DNA of 64,000 nucleotides. Origin: Octopus sinensis (Eukaryota). The notes under the pieces were generated by a model. It saw nothing but the letters and a program-made list of their open reading frames with translations, did not search any database and was not told the origin of the DNA. Below are positions 1-12,829 of this stretch, piece after piece. The position numbers and the translations under genes were made by a program. The stretch lies in assembly GCF_006345805.1 (NCBI RefSeq), contig NC_043008.1, positions 47,616,001 to 47,680,000 of the forward strand, in the 5' to 3' direction. Position 1 is the stretch's first letter, and each line of letters opens with the position of its first letter.

Positions 1-1061
1 GTACAGCTCAGCTCTAATGAGTCACTTTATATTATTTACGAAGAAAATCAGCAGAATTCACAATTAGATTTGCTGACCAGCGCTGGCAAAAATACATTCC
101 TAAATAATTACAAAATGTAGGGAACTGAAGCACAAGAATGGCACTAAAATGGCCAACATGCACACACCTTAGCAGTTTCTTATTAATTCATACTCTACAT
201 ATTTACCATATTTGTTTAATTCTACATCGAATAAATTTCTTCATACGTCACATACCTCGTTTTTTTGGTTTCGTTTTGTTTTTTCGAATATTACGACAAC
301 ATTGTTTAGAAACTGCATGCGATTGTTACACGTTTGTAATACAATTATTAATAACTTAATATTAGTAATACTATTAATGATAACTAAATATTACTAACAG
401 AATTAGTGATAACTACATATTAGCAACACAATTAGAGATAATGCACTGTTAGCATCCTGTGTTTCGTGATCAACTTTTAGAATCTTCTTTGGTAAACTTT
501 GGCGTTCGTTTCTAATGAAGTGACAAAAAAATTGTTGACGAACCTACATACAAAAGAATAATCCAGAACCACTGCCAGCAGCAGCAGCAACAAGATTCTA
601 TTATGGAGACGTATTATATTCCTTGTTATTCTTTTGTCAGGTAGTCGGAAATTAACTCTGCATGTCACTTGAAGAGACGGCTAAGTGAAGGCGCGTGACA
701 CATAAATTTATCGTCTCAGATATAATTTGTCTCCACCTAATTGAGGCCCATGCAATAAACTGGAAGAATGGTGTTGTAAGGGCACCTTTCTGCCACGCCT
801 TTAATTTTCTCTGTCGTTTTCTCTGTATTTATAGTTAAAATTCATCACCTGAAAGTTTCCACCTTTTGCTTTTTCTCGTTTTACCTGTATACATATTATA
901 GACATATTTTGTATCTGATGCCCAAACTGTTATGTTTAAAATATTTGATGTATCTAATTTGTTTATACACATAATTGATTCAATACCTCAACTTCATTCA
1001 TCTTATAGCCTTTATTTTCCTTGTGGAATGATCCCCTGAAAAGACATCGGAGTCTATGTAA

Positions 1062-1116
<55 letters not shown>

Positions 1117-1124
1117 ATATATAT

Positions 1125-1290
1125 AGGGAGAGTTTACGAAAAAAACAAAAGACGAAGACAAGTGGTGTACAAAACAAACAGATGTATTAGTATAACGCTC
1201 AGGAATAGAAAAAAGTATTTTACGTTCCGAGCCTACGCTCTTCTACAGAAATGGACACAGAATAAACAAGGAGAGAAACAAGGAGAGAAA
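1125..1290 (-). mobile_element. Penelope-type pLTR-derived repeat (same family as 15150-15340) with a degenerate hammerhead-like motif at 1218-1251
   Basis: Aligns by eye to the reverse complement of 15150-15340; motif CUGUAGA-A-GAGC(GUAG)GCUC-GGAA-CG-UA; abuts (TA)n. Confidence 0.6.
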
Positions 1291-2811
1291 AAGTCTGTAT
1301 ACGAAATTAAAATGACAAAAGAAGAAGAAATAATGTTACGAACTTCATTACCTTACAGCTGTTTCTGTTATAAGATGCAAACCATTCATATTTGAATGAT
1401 TTTGTATCACTCTAAAGCTTCATCGAAGCTTCAAAATGAAAGCGTTACGAACGAAAATGTAAATTTGTCTGCGTTGAATCGTAAATCTATTGTTTATTGG
1501 GTGATTTTGTAGCACTCAGATGTTTTGTGTATCTATATAGACGTTAACAGAGTAAAGAAAGCACTTTACATAGGCGAGATTAGTAGCAATTTGGATTATC
1601 GTTTCCAGAAAACTTTCCATGCTGCCCTTAAAATATGCAAATAGACATTATATCTATAGTCTTTCACCTGAATTCTGTGAGGCTCGAATTAAGACTAGGA
1701 ATTCTGTTCTGTAAATCATATGGATTTGGTGTTCATGTACTGGTTGACTATAAAAGACAGAACTGTCAGCAACTATCGACGACATTTTTTTAAAATACGC
1801 CGATATTTTAAAGAAATGTGTCTGGAGCGAAATACCTGTATGTAATTTCAGGATGAAAGCGTAAGATTTCAAGCAACAATGAGATCTTTTTTGAGACTGT
1901 GGTATGAATTAGTTTTTAAGCTAATTATCCAGAGATAAATGTAGCAATAAAGGAGCTATTTAGAACTGTAAATCTTATTAAAGCCAGGCAGTGAATATCT
2001 GTTTCTTTTCTGTTCGCCAACAAAATGTGAGAGCTGAGTTCAGAAACAAAATGTCACTGCATACAAAAGTATTATGGCCGTCGAAGAGAGAAACTTTGAA
2101 ACGATTAGTTGATGTAAAAAAAAAATGAAGTTGTTGTTGTTTTATAAGAAATAAACACTTGTGAGAATTGGTTTTCAAATTATAGTCTTTGTGAGGTATT
2201 TTTGAGAAACTCGATGAAGTTATTATGCCTCAGCAAGGAGCGGCGGAAGATAATGTCACTCTGATACGTAAATTAAAGGCATTTATGAACAAAAAATTCT
2301 CTTAAAGCGTAAAATTTGGAATATATCGAAAACCAATTCTACAAACAATTCCACTTAACATAGAAAATAACAAATTCGATATATTCGAGTTCTCTTCATC
2401 GCATTAAAACAGCAGATGACACAAAATTCGTTGGAGGTTGAAGACGAATTGATAGAGTGGAGTTTTAAAACTGAATTTGCAAAAACAAATTTGAGAGGAA
2501 TTTAACTCAGTTTGAATTGAGAATCCTATAAAATCTGAAATAACCATGATAACCATATCTCTTTCATATTAATGTGGATCAACATGTTTAGCCTTGACGG
2601 GAAGAGAGTGAAATTATTGCTGGCTGATTAAAAATGGAGAAATATCAAGTCACACGTCGACGCTTCATACCTAACCGTGCCACAGCAGTCAACTTACTCG
2701 GAACATTTGTATAATATATTGTTGATTGATTGATTGATTGATTCTAGTTTCAGCTTATGAGCTGTGGCCATGCTGGGGCACCGCCATTTGGTGTTGCTAC
2801 TTGGTTTCACT

Positions 2812-3483
2812 TCACGAAAGCTTTCTAGTAACTGCCATTTGGTGCATGAGTGAGTTCGATGCAGCTGCCCTCATCTGCCCCTCCTGCCGTGAAGTTGGTT
2901 CATCTGGGACACCTGACAGGAAGAGATCCAGCTTCATTTTAAAGACATCTGCATCCACCCCATGCAGGTCTCTCAGGTTCTTCGGGAGGATATTGAAGAG
3001 CTGTGGGCCTCGGAAGCCCAGGCTATCACAGAATCTTGTCCTACATCTTGATGGCAAGTTTGGAGTCCTAGGCACCACGCAGTGGCGCCCAGTTCTGGCA
3101 TTTGCGTAACTCTCGATTCCAAAGTTCAGGACACATCCCTCCAGGATCTTCCAGATGTATATTATGGCATATCTTTCCCGCCTACGCTCCAGGGAATATA
3201 GTTTTAATCTCTTGAGTCTTTCCCAGTAGCTTACATTCTGCATAGAGGCTATCTTCTTCGTGTAGCTACGTTGGATCGCCTCGAGCTCTGTGATCAACTT
3301 GACACTGGATGGTGACCATAACTGAGAGCAGTAGTCAAAGTGGCTTAGGACAAGTGTCTTCCAGAGGACCATCATGGTTTCTTGTTCTCTTGTTCTAAAG
3401 GTTCTGAGGATCCATCCGGCCAGTCGTCTACATTTCATTGCCAATTTAGCAACATGTACACGAAAGGTCGCGTCATCACTCAT
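2812..3483 (-). pseudogene. LINE ORF2, C-terminal (thumb/CR1-type) region
   Basis: YCSQLWSP...LEAIQRSYTK...ERLKRLKLYSLERRRERY; the stop lies about 70 nt before the tail. Confidence 0.9.
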
Positions 3484-4609
3484 GTAAATACCTAGGTGCC
3501 TCTGGGATTGCTATTCCTCCGGGTCCAGTGTATTCATTGGGTATTGCATTTAGTTTTGCATGCTGATAGTATTGCGCTTGAAACTTTTCAGCATTGAACT
3601 GGATGCTATTCTTTTCGGCCCACTTGTATATTTTGTCCAGCTCACATTGCAGGTGTTTAGTGTCCTCAGGGTTCTGTATTGCCTGTGAAACTTTTGTATC
3701 ATCTGCATAACTTGTGATCGTGGCTCTCTGCGTGGCTAAGGGCATGTCTGAGAGGGCCATTATGAACGGTAGTGGTCCCAGAACAGTGCCCTGCGGAACA
3801 CCGCTCACTATTTGCGTGTTAATGGAAGTGGCCCCATTGGCTACTACCACCTGACTTCTATCTTTCAGAAAGTCATGAAGCCATTCTCCCAGTTTTCCAA
3901 CTATGTTGAGATCACGCAGTTTGTGACATATCATTCCATGATCGACTTTATCAAAGGCCTTTGCAAAGTCGAGATATATCACTTCCACATTTGAGTGGTT
4001 GAGCAGCCGTTTCAGCACCCAGTCATAGTGTTGTAGGAGCTGAGTTAAACAGCTTCTCCCTGGTCGGAAACCATGTTGGGTGTCGGGCAGCAAGTCATTT
4101 TCTTCAAGGAAGGTGATCAGCTTCCTTCTGACTATTCGTTCCATGACCTTGCTGATGTGTGAGGTCAGAGAGATAGGTCTATAGTTCTTGGCTTCCGCTC
4201 TGCTACCTCCTTTATGAATGGGGCATATTTTACCTTCCTTCAGTTTTCTTGGAAGTTTGCCAGCTGCAAGGAAGCTCTGAAAGAGGAACTGCAGTGGTCT
4301 TGCTAGGACTCTCTTACATGCTTTTAGGAGGATTGCCGGGAATCCATCGGGGCCAGTAGCTGAGTCTGTTTTCATTTCATCTATAGCCTTGATTACATCG
4401 TCTTCCTTTATATCGATGTAATCTATCGTCGCCGCCTCTGATTTTATATCTGCAGTGGTAAAAAAGTTAGTTGGATTGGTGATTTGGAGATGCCCAAGGG
4501 GTGGAGTGAAAACACTCTTGAATTGCTCATTCAGTATTCCACTTACCCTCATTGGTTTTCCTGTAAGTGTGCCATCCTTTTCGAAGAGTGGCCCTATTCT
4601 ACAGTGCAC
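3476..4609 (-). pseudogene. LINE ORF2, reverse-transcriptase domain
   Basis: SATGPDGF, NYRPISLTS, QHGFRPGRSC, YLDFAKAFD, GVPQGTVLGP and YADD motifs. A second frameshift lies near 3495 (the DLGIYMSDD frame resumes). Confidence 0.95.
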
Positions 4610-4665
4610 CGTAGCTGTTTCTTTGGCATACCTGTAGAAAGCTCTGGGGTTAGATTTTATGTTGT

Positions 4666-5793
4666 CTATAGCCAGGCTTCTTTGTCTGCTCTTTCTTTTT
4701 CATGGGAGAGTTGCAGACATTTTTCGATTTCCAACAGTTTTATTTTTAGGCGGGACTTTTCACTGCTTTCAATCTGTTTGTTTAGGCGATTTGAAAATTT
4801 TGTACGCCGTCTCATTAAAATTTTCCTCTCTCTGGGGATTTTGTTCTTGTGTACAGTGGCCTTCCTCTCTGGGACACATTTGTAGCATATGGCTTGCATT
4901 ACAGACATGAATTGTTGAGGTTTCACGTCGATGTCTGGCGAGGAGAGACATTCAGGCCAGTTTTGTTCGATGATCTCTTTCTCAATTTGTTTCCAGTTTG
5001 CCTTATGGTAGTTCAAGCTGGAAAGATTCTGAGGGTTTCTTGTAGGCTGCATGTCCGTGCTCTCTTTTGGCCCGTACATGGTCAGCTCTATCATGTTGTG
5101 ATCCGAGAGTAGTGTCGGTGTCACTTTCACATTATGGATGAGATCCATGTCATTTGTGAAGCAGAGATCCAGTGTGTTACCTGTCCTGGTTGGTTGGAGT
5201 ATTACCTGCTCCATGTACAGGGTGTTGATGAGGTTCAGGAGGGACCTCGCCTGTCCTCGTTCACATCTTGTCATTCCTGGGAGAGAAAGGCCCTCGGGCC
5301 ATCTGACATTGGGCAGATTGAAGTCTCCCATAAGAAGTACACTTATGTGTTGTTCTAATGTGGTTAGAACTTCTTCTATTTTTATAAGGCAGTCTTCAAA
5401 CTTGCCCACATGGCTTGGGGCATCTGGAGGGCGATATGTAGCACACACAACTACATCAAGTTGCCTAATATGTACAATTAGTGTGTCACACACCGAGTTT
5501 GAGTATGACAAGAGGACCTGGGGTGTGAGGTCCTCACGGATGTACATAGCAACACCTCCATGACTCCTTTCTTTTCTGTCGGTCCGTAGTACAGCATACT
5601 GTGGTATGTGTAACTCCGCATCTGCTATGTCCGGTTTCAGGTGCGTTTCCGTAAGTGCTATGCATAAGGCTTGATTGCATGCAACAAAGTCTCTCAGGAA
5701 CGGGATTTTTGTCCTGTTACTGAGTGTTTGCAGTCCTCTGATGTTCAGTAGGAGCATCGAGGTGAGGTGTACGTTGTTGCCGGCGGTGTCCAT
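4666..5793 (-). pseudogene. LINE ORF2, apurinic-endonuclease domain
   Basis: LLLNIRGL, ALTETHL, GGVAMYI, TYRPP, GDFNLP, NTLDL and SDHN motifs. The frame breaks near 4670 (1-nt loss: ...EAW/AIDNIKSNPRAFYRYAK). Confidence 0.92.
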
Positions 5794-5837
5794 CCTGGGT
5801 CTGTTTGCTGTGGTGGTCTGGTATATAGTGGGTAGTC

Positions 5838-6335
5838 CTACCTGCGGGCTTGGGTTTGATGAAGCCAGGTCAGCTGCTGTACAATCTTTTGTGCCATGCA
5901 CAAAAAAGATTGTTGCTCAGCAGCTGCCCTTTCGACAACATCATGTTGGCGGTTTGTGGCACGCACAACATCTGCGTACCTCCGCTTTGGGGCAGGTGGT
6001 GCGTGGTCCATCCTTTTTCCTTGTGTTGATGGTTTGTCCATCTGCCTCGTGTCTCTGTGGCAGGGTCCCCGATGTGCAAAGCGGCAGCCTGCACCTTGCT
6101 TTCCATGCCAGCAGGAACCTCTCAGGTAGAACCTACACACCCGTGTGCGCTGTTTGTTTCCATCTTTTGCGGTTCCACTTCTATTCCTGGTTGTTTCACC
6201 CTTTGGTCCTGCTTGAGCTTTTCCTTTAGCTCTTCCAGTCCTTCTTTTAGTTCTTCCTCCTCCCTCTACCTCTTCACCGGGTTCTCCGTCTCCATGGCCC
6301 TTGCTGCCGGTTGGAGAACTTGCACCTGGGTTCAC
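5838..6335 (-). pseudogene. LINE ORF1 remnant with a CCCH-like zinc finger (C-x7-C-x8-C-x3-H at 6072-6137)
   Basis: Translation CRFYLRGSCWHGKQGAGCRFAH after a G/K/R-rich stretch; lies directly upstream of the endonuclease frame. Confidence 0.7.
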
Positions 6336-6444
6336 TTCCCGGGCAGGTTTCTCATTATTATTAAAGGTTTAGGAAGTCTGGCTTCTACGTAATCTATACT
6401 TCTTGAGTTCTATATTCGTATTAATAATATGATATGTTTAAAAT

Positions 6445-6650
6445 GGTAAGCTGTCACAATGGTTAACGCACCGGGCATACGGCATTTCGGCCGTCTTCAC
6501 GTTCTGATTTCAAATTCCCTCGTGGTCAACTTCGCCTTTCATAATTTCGGGGATGATAAAATAAGTACCAGTCATATTACCGGGAGCCGATGGAATCGAT
6601 TACCCTCCTTCCCCAACATTTCAGACCTCGTCCCAGTAGTAGAACGGATA
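6445..6650 (+). mobile_element. Diverged copy of the same SINE family
   Basis: TTCAAATTCC...GGTCAACTTCGCCTTTCAT...GATAAAATAAGTACCAGT. Confidence 0.72.
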
Positions 6651-8385
6651 CTACGAAAGTCTTTTCTTACACAGAACGTTCATTGGTCCCCTTAATTTTT
6701 AAACGCAGATTTCAGTCCCAGACTTTCTTCAAAATTATTTCTTATTTTCATCATTTTCCCACTTGACCCCCCCCCACCGCTATATCGAATTTACTAAAAG
6801 CTTTCTCCCTTTCTATCTTATCTACCCTTATCTAATCTCCTCGATTCGTCAACCTCTCACTACTCTCAAACCACCAACTTACCATGGATCTTTTCCTTTC
6901 CACACAACTCCGTTCAATTAACTATTATACTTTGTCATAAAATACTGCATTATTTTTATGTATTTATATTTAATGAAGCCCTGTGTGCATGCGTGTGTGT
7001 ATTCATGTGTGTTCGTAAGTGCGTGTGTATGTGTCTATGTATATGTGTGTTTACGCGTGCGTATGTCTGAGCTGCTTTTTTTGGTTTTTGCAAGCCTTAC
7101 TATTTCCTATCCTCTCTTTTCAACTTGCCCACACTCCAGATTCTTGCAACTATTCTCTCCATCTTGCCTTTCCATTCTTGGTTTCATGTACCTTCTTCCC
7201 CACCACCTAACCATCACTCCTTACAGCAATTCTTTACATCATTTCATAAGTCATTTGTTAAATTGCAGTTAAAATGCCAAAACTTTCTCTTTATTCCTTA
7301 AATCTGAGATGAAAGACAAATGTTTGAAAAGCCAGAGACTTCATTCCTCACAGCAAGTGAACTCAACGAACTTTTCTTCGAACTTAAAGACAAATAATGG
7401 ATCAGTGCTTACCAACACAGACTGACATCACTGACCTCGAATCCTGGAGTTTATTCTAAACCAAAGAAAGCATTGAAGTGTGGCAGGTGATAAAAAGGCA
7501 GAGAGTAAAACCGCCTTTGCTGGTGATAATTAACGAGGGGAAAATATATACGTGGCTGGGGAAAATGGCGATTTTATTTCAGGCTTTCAATAAAAGTAAG
7601 ATCAATGGCCAATATATTTGTTAGGGGTTACTTAATTTCCTCTCTTCTGATGCAGCGATCACACGAGATATATTATATCTATATCTAAATGTGCAAAAAT
7701 ATATTTATGTAAATAAATATATCAAAATATCGCCTGTTTATTATAAGCTCGCTGTGAATCAGCTTCAAATCTTTATTCTCTGGTTGTAGTCGTTTAAATT
7801 TTCTTTACTTTAGTCATTGCTTCTGAGAAATATCAGGTTCTTCCAGTTAACCACAAAGTGTCACAGGTCTCTTACGTCTCTTACATCTATTATGTAAATA
7901 CTTAATAACTCAGAAACACTTAAAGCTTCATAAACTGAGTTGCTTCTACATACATTCACACATGTACGCATCCATACACACACATTATTTATTTATTTAC
8001 ACAAAATACAGGTTCAGTTGTCTAAATATTTTCAATAAAATATGATATTTTACTGAATATAATAAATCTCTGAGCGAGATATAAACAGTAGCAGCACGAT
8101 GTTGTGAATTATATTAGCCAACTAAAAGTGACATCAACCCTTAAAGGTTAGCCACATTTATATAATATATAATTCACAATTTTTCTGAATGTTTCTCAAA
8201 AAAGGTCCGGCCCAAATCTTTGCTGGTTTAAATCAATATTTTACATTTGCTAACATATCTTCTGACAACACACCAACAAGGTGTTTTCAATGTTACTTGT
8301 ACACACACGAATTCCAAAGATCTTGTATATATGTAAGGGTGTATGCATAAGTACATATATAACCAGGCACATATATGTATGCAAG

Positions 8386-8417
<32 letters not shown>

Positions 8418-11400
8418 TATATATATTGGTTTATGGATATTCTTACCTGCTTGCATATGTATATATTATATATATACATATTGCACGTATAAGCATGCGT
8501 GCGGTATGTATAGAGTATGTACCAATAGCATATATTACCAGTAGCATATATTACTGAAAAATATACACAATATATGTGTATATGAACTGAATGGATGTGT
8601 TACGTATATAATAAATACGTCTATGCGAGTGTGTGTGTGTATGTGTGTATGTGTAGGGGTAGGGTGTCTATATGTATCAGCATGAGTCACAATATATTAG
8701 TGATCTTGTGAGTAGGTGCGTGTGAATATGTGTTAAATGTTTAAACTATAACCGTTATAATACAATATATATTTTTCGACAAAAAGATCTCAGCTATAGA
8801 ATATATCGCTAGATAAGGCAGAGACTGAAGTGTTTTTGAATGAATTGTTCCATATATATCAATTTAGTAAGCAGTTTTTCACGTAAAATATCTTTATAGC
8901 CCATCGTTAGTTGTGTTTTTTAACAGCTTCAAATAATTCAATGAAATATATTTTACTTTTTATATCATCATTATGACAATGATGGCATTAAAATGGCTAT
9001 TTTCAGAATGGTAACACAAAGCTTAGCAATATAATATTTAATGAATTTAAACGAATTCCATAGCAGGGGTAATATTTGAGGATGGGTCTTTTACAGAATT
9101 TATAAAGAATTAGTTTGATAGCTTGCTTGGGGTAAAATTTATTGCTATAATTAAAAAGGAAAATATTCCGTTATTCTATCGTTTGTAGTCACAGTGGTAT
9201 TAGACAAGAAAATATAATCGCGTAACATTCCTTATATTTTCTGTTAATCGTCGATGTAGATGAAATGAACTTCATTCCGCAGATAATACAAGGTTATGAT
9301 TGCCATTATCAAGATATGTAGGTGTATGTGTCATGCTTCGCAACGTGGTTTGGTCGAGCTGAGTTTTACATATACACATTTATCAATTTGATGCTGGTTT
9401 AACGTCTCCCTGTCAAACGCTGTTCGCATATATTTCTCCCTCATTTTTTAGAGATCCCCTCCTTGTTTGGGACTAAACCCGCTGATATACCGTTAGAAAT
9501 CACTCCAGAGTCATCCTTTATCTGGGTAGACCGACGATTGTAGGGTGGGAATTGTAGTCAGGTAGAATTCTGCCGAGGAATGTTGTAGGAAATTGTTTAA
9601 TTGTATTTCTTGTCTCAAAAACATCATTCTAAGAGGTCCAAATGTACTTTTTCTGCTAATTTCTAAACTAATTTAGAATCTTGGTAGCATATATTATTAT
9701 GACATAAGAAAACCTATATTTTCTTTGAAATTATACTCGATACATTTTGCATTTTCTAGAATATTTGTTCAGATCATTGCCATTTGATCAGTTTCCGTGA
9801 ATGTAAAATAGCATTCAAATATTTTCGCACTGTTACAAGAATCACAAAACTCAGTCCCTCTTATAAAACTCTGCTACATTTGATTCTTGCTTCCATAACA
9901 ATGATATGGAAACAATAATAAGAGATTCTCATACTGATTGTTATTTTATTCGTGTTAACATCATTGGAATTTCTACAAAAATAAATACCAGAATATTTAT
10001 CCAAACCTCGGTTTAGCAGTTAGAGCTGTCAAATAATATTTTTCCAACATGATTGGAGTAGCTTCCCTTGGAGTGAGACAACTGCAGCCCATGTAGGTGC
10101 TGGAACCCACACAGAGTTCCAATAAATACTTTTAAAATATTTATAAAAAGTTGTTACGTAAGTCGAATACCACTGCCTTTAATTATGGAATTTCATCATT
10201 ATTGACTCAGCATAATAATTGCCAATTAATTACAAGCAATAAATCCGCCAGGAGCATTTACCGTCAAAATACTTAGTTCGAGTACCTACTTCTGGAATCG
10301 ATATTTAAACGTCGTTAAAATAGGAGGAATTACCACCGTGTTTCGTGGTCTGCTACCACAACAGCTCCTTTATAGGATCCAGTTAGCTCAAGACATCATC
10401 AGGAGGAACCACGTCCGGTTTCGGCCCCTAGTCCTCTACCGTTTTGACGTGGCGCTCCCCCCCCACCCTCTTTCGGGGGTGTCTTCAGCTCTGGTGTTGG
10501 GTGCATGTCTTCTTTTCTTCTTTCTTCTGTTCCCTGGCCTCTTCGATGTATCGTCAGCGAGTGTCAGCCGGTGACTGACTGTCTTGTCAAATTTCTCCCT
10601 TTAAATACCTGCCGCACAGACTCCAGCAGGCAGCCCCAGCAAGTTGTCACATGGCACTGTCTCACCTAAACTGACTAGTGAAGGCGCGTAGTTTTAGCCC
10701 GCACGTTTTCGACCGCCTCCTGTACTCTCCTTATGGATACAGAGAATAGATAGCAAAATATCGATTTTCTGATATTAGAATACTGGCCTGAAATTTGTAG
10801 AATTAGCTGTGATCAGGGGGCATCACCATGAGTATATGACGAGAGCGTATTTTATAAAATATAGACACAATGGAATGTAATTATATGCTACATATCGTTC
10901 AAAATGTAAGCCACAACCTTGAAAACGTTGACTATATTGTTGACAAGACTATGAACATATCGAAAACACAAGAACAACTTACAAATATCATTTATTATGG
11001 AAACATCGGATAAATATATTATAGTATTTACAATAAGACAATGTTTAATTCCTTACCAATTTGCTGAATGCCATTAAAAAAATATATTTCTCTGCATTAA
11101 TTAATCCTGATTGATGTATATATCATGTGATTTCTTTTATACATTATTATCCATAAACATTAATAATTTTAGGAAAATTGAAAATGTCTCCTCTTTCGCA
11201 AGTAAAGTAATCGTTTAACAGCTTCTAATTTTACGACGAATTCAAACTTATCAAATTTTTAAATGGTTTCTTTCCAATTCAACATGATTGAATTGCTGTT
11301 GTATTTTAGATCATAATTATTGAATTCTTACATTGGCACATAGTAACACAACGTACAGAATGTAACTTGATTAAATCGAGATAAGTATTTAACTGGTAGA

Positions 11401-11836
11401 GACGGCAAAAGCCCTGGGGGAGGAAGATCGAAGGCGATGTAGGAGGGATTTGAATTTAAGGTATAAATGGATATCGAAATTTTTTGAGCAATTTTCCAAT
11501 TTTTGCGCAGATTGACATCTTTTATAATTATTTGGAAAGAAATTAGTCTTTGAATACACAATAGTATTGAAAAAATACTTTCTAAACAATATTGATTTTT
11601 GAAATTCTACTTCATTATATCGCCTTCATATTCTCCAGGTTTGTGACAGTCTCAATAGGTAAGATACTGAAATACCAATTAACGCAGTTGGTGGTTCATA
11701 CCTTATCAACGGTGGTAATGTTTAGTGACAGTCTACGTGGTCAATACCTACGATAGATTGACACAGTATATGTTGCAAACATATAATGTAATTTTATCAA
11801 TAGTTTTCTATTTCCAATATTTTTTCCATAGATTAA

Positions 11837-12050
11837 GGCAGCGAACTGGCAGAATCGGTACCACTTTGCAATAAGCTTAGCGGCATTTCGTTCGTCTTCG
11901 CGTTCTAAGTTCAAATTCCACTGATGTCGACTTTATCATTCATCCTATCGGGGTCGATAACATAAGTACCAGTTGAGCACTGGGGACGATATAATCAAAA
12001 CCGTTCTCCCTACCAGAAATTGCTGGTCTTGTGCCAAAATTTGAGACCAA
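11837..12050 (+). mobile_element. tRNA-type SINE, near complete
   Basis: The head GGCAGCGAACTGGCAGAATC has a B-box-like GTTCAAATTCC; the central GGGGTCGATAA(C)ATAAGTACCAGTTGAGCACTGGGG motif recurs at 6.5, 27.3, 59.8 and 62.2 kb. Confidence 0.8.
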
Positions 12051-12348
12051 CATTTTTCTAGAATTTAGAATGCAATGTGTTTTCCCTCGATGCAACCCGT
12101 GTAAAACTCGACAGTGAGAAATACTCATTACACGAGCCGACAGATCCGGAAATGTTTCTATTTTCTAAATACATTTTCTATGAACAAATATTTACATGTG
12201 TTACCCCACCCCTACACACTCCTTTACTAGTTTATATATTTTACCCCAAACCATTATTTCTATTTTCATTTTTGTCTATCAATATTTTCCCTTAATCGCA
12301 CCCTTTCTTGAATTTTAAGCTCTACATAGGTCTCTCTCTCTCTCTCTC

Positions 12349-12397
<49 letters not shown>

Positions 12398-12400
<3 letters not shown>

Positions 12401-12790
12401 TAATCCAAACGGGACAACAGAAAAAACAACAACACGTGGAACAATTACAGTATTATTATTATTAGGCGCTCAGGAAAATGGAAGAAGGAGGGTATGACGT
12501 TTCGAGCGGAGCTCTTCGTCGGAAACATAGGAGAAAGAAAGATCCCGAGACGGGAGGACAGAGGAAAAAAAAATTGCAGGTAGTCTTCACGAGGTCACAT
12601 ACTAAAAAGACGGAAGTGGTAAAAAAGGAGGAAAATGTTTTTTTAAAAATAGGAGAGCTGAATCAAAGAGGGAATGGTAAAAAAGGTGTGCGAGATGACG
12701 AGGGTGTGTGTGTGTGTGTGTGTATGTGTGTGTATGGTGGACAGTGGCTAGTAGCAGGCAGTAGTAGAATTAAAGGAGTGGTGTGAAGGT
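12398..12790 (-). mobile_element. Penelope-type 3' remnant with a hammerhead-like motif at 12493-12527
   Basis: The reverse strand reads CCGACGA-A-GAGC(UCC)GCUC-GAAA-CG-UC, then a pyrimidine-rich stretch and CCUGAGCG as in the 1.2/15.2-kb family; ends at (TA)n. The right boundary is approximate. Confidence 0.5.
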
Positions 12791-12829
12791 ACCCTAGCAA
12801 GTCAGAAAGGCAGATCATAAACAGGGAGG

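Larger units (their letters stand above)
2722..6351 (-). mobile_element. CR1-group non-LTR retrotransposon (LINE), near full length, 5'-truncated within ORF1, two frameshifts in ORF2
   Basis: ORF1 remnant, then AP endonuclease, RT (YADDTK) and a CR1-type C-terminus (LE-x-IQR...SY-x-ERL...LYSLERRR). A short 3' UTR with a stem-loop precedes an (AATC)5 tail at about 2722-2743. Visibly more GC-rich than the flanks. No clear TSD. Confidence 0.93.

Noticed and set aside
662-700. TGTCAC-TTGAAGA-GAC...GT-GAAG-GCGC-GTGACA looks hammerhead-like
   Set aside because: The 6-bp outer stem is real, but position 3, the stem II closure, GAAA and the cleavage triplet all deviate; too many defects to call.
9340-9580. 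Possible decayed AP-endonuclease fragment on the minus strand
   Set aside because: Only weak similarity (SGV..GI, IKLINVY) interrupted by stops; not supportable by eye.
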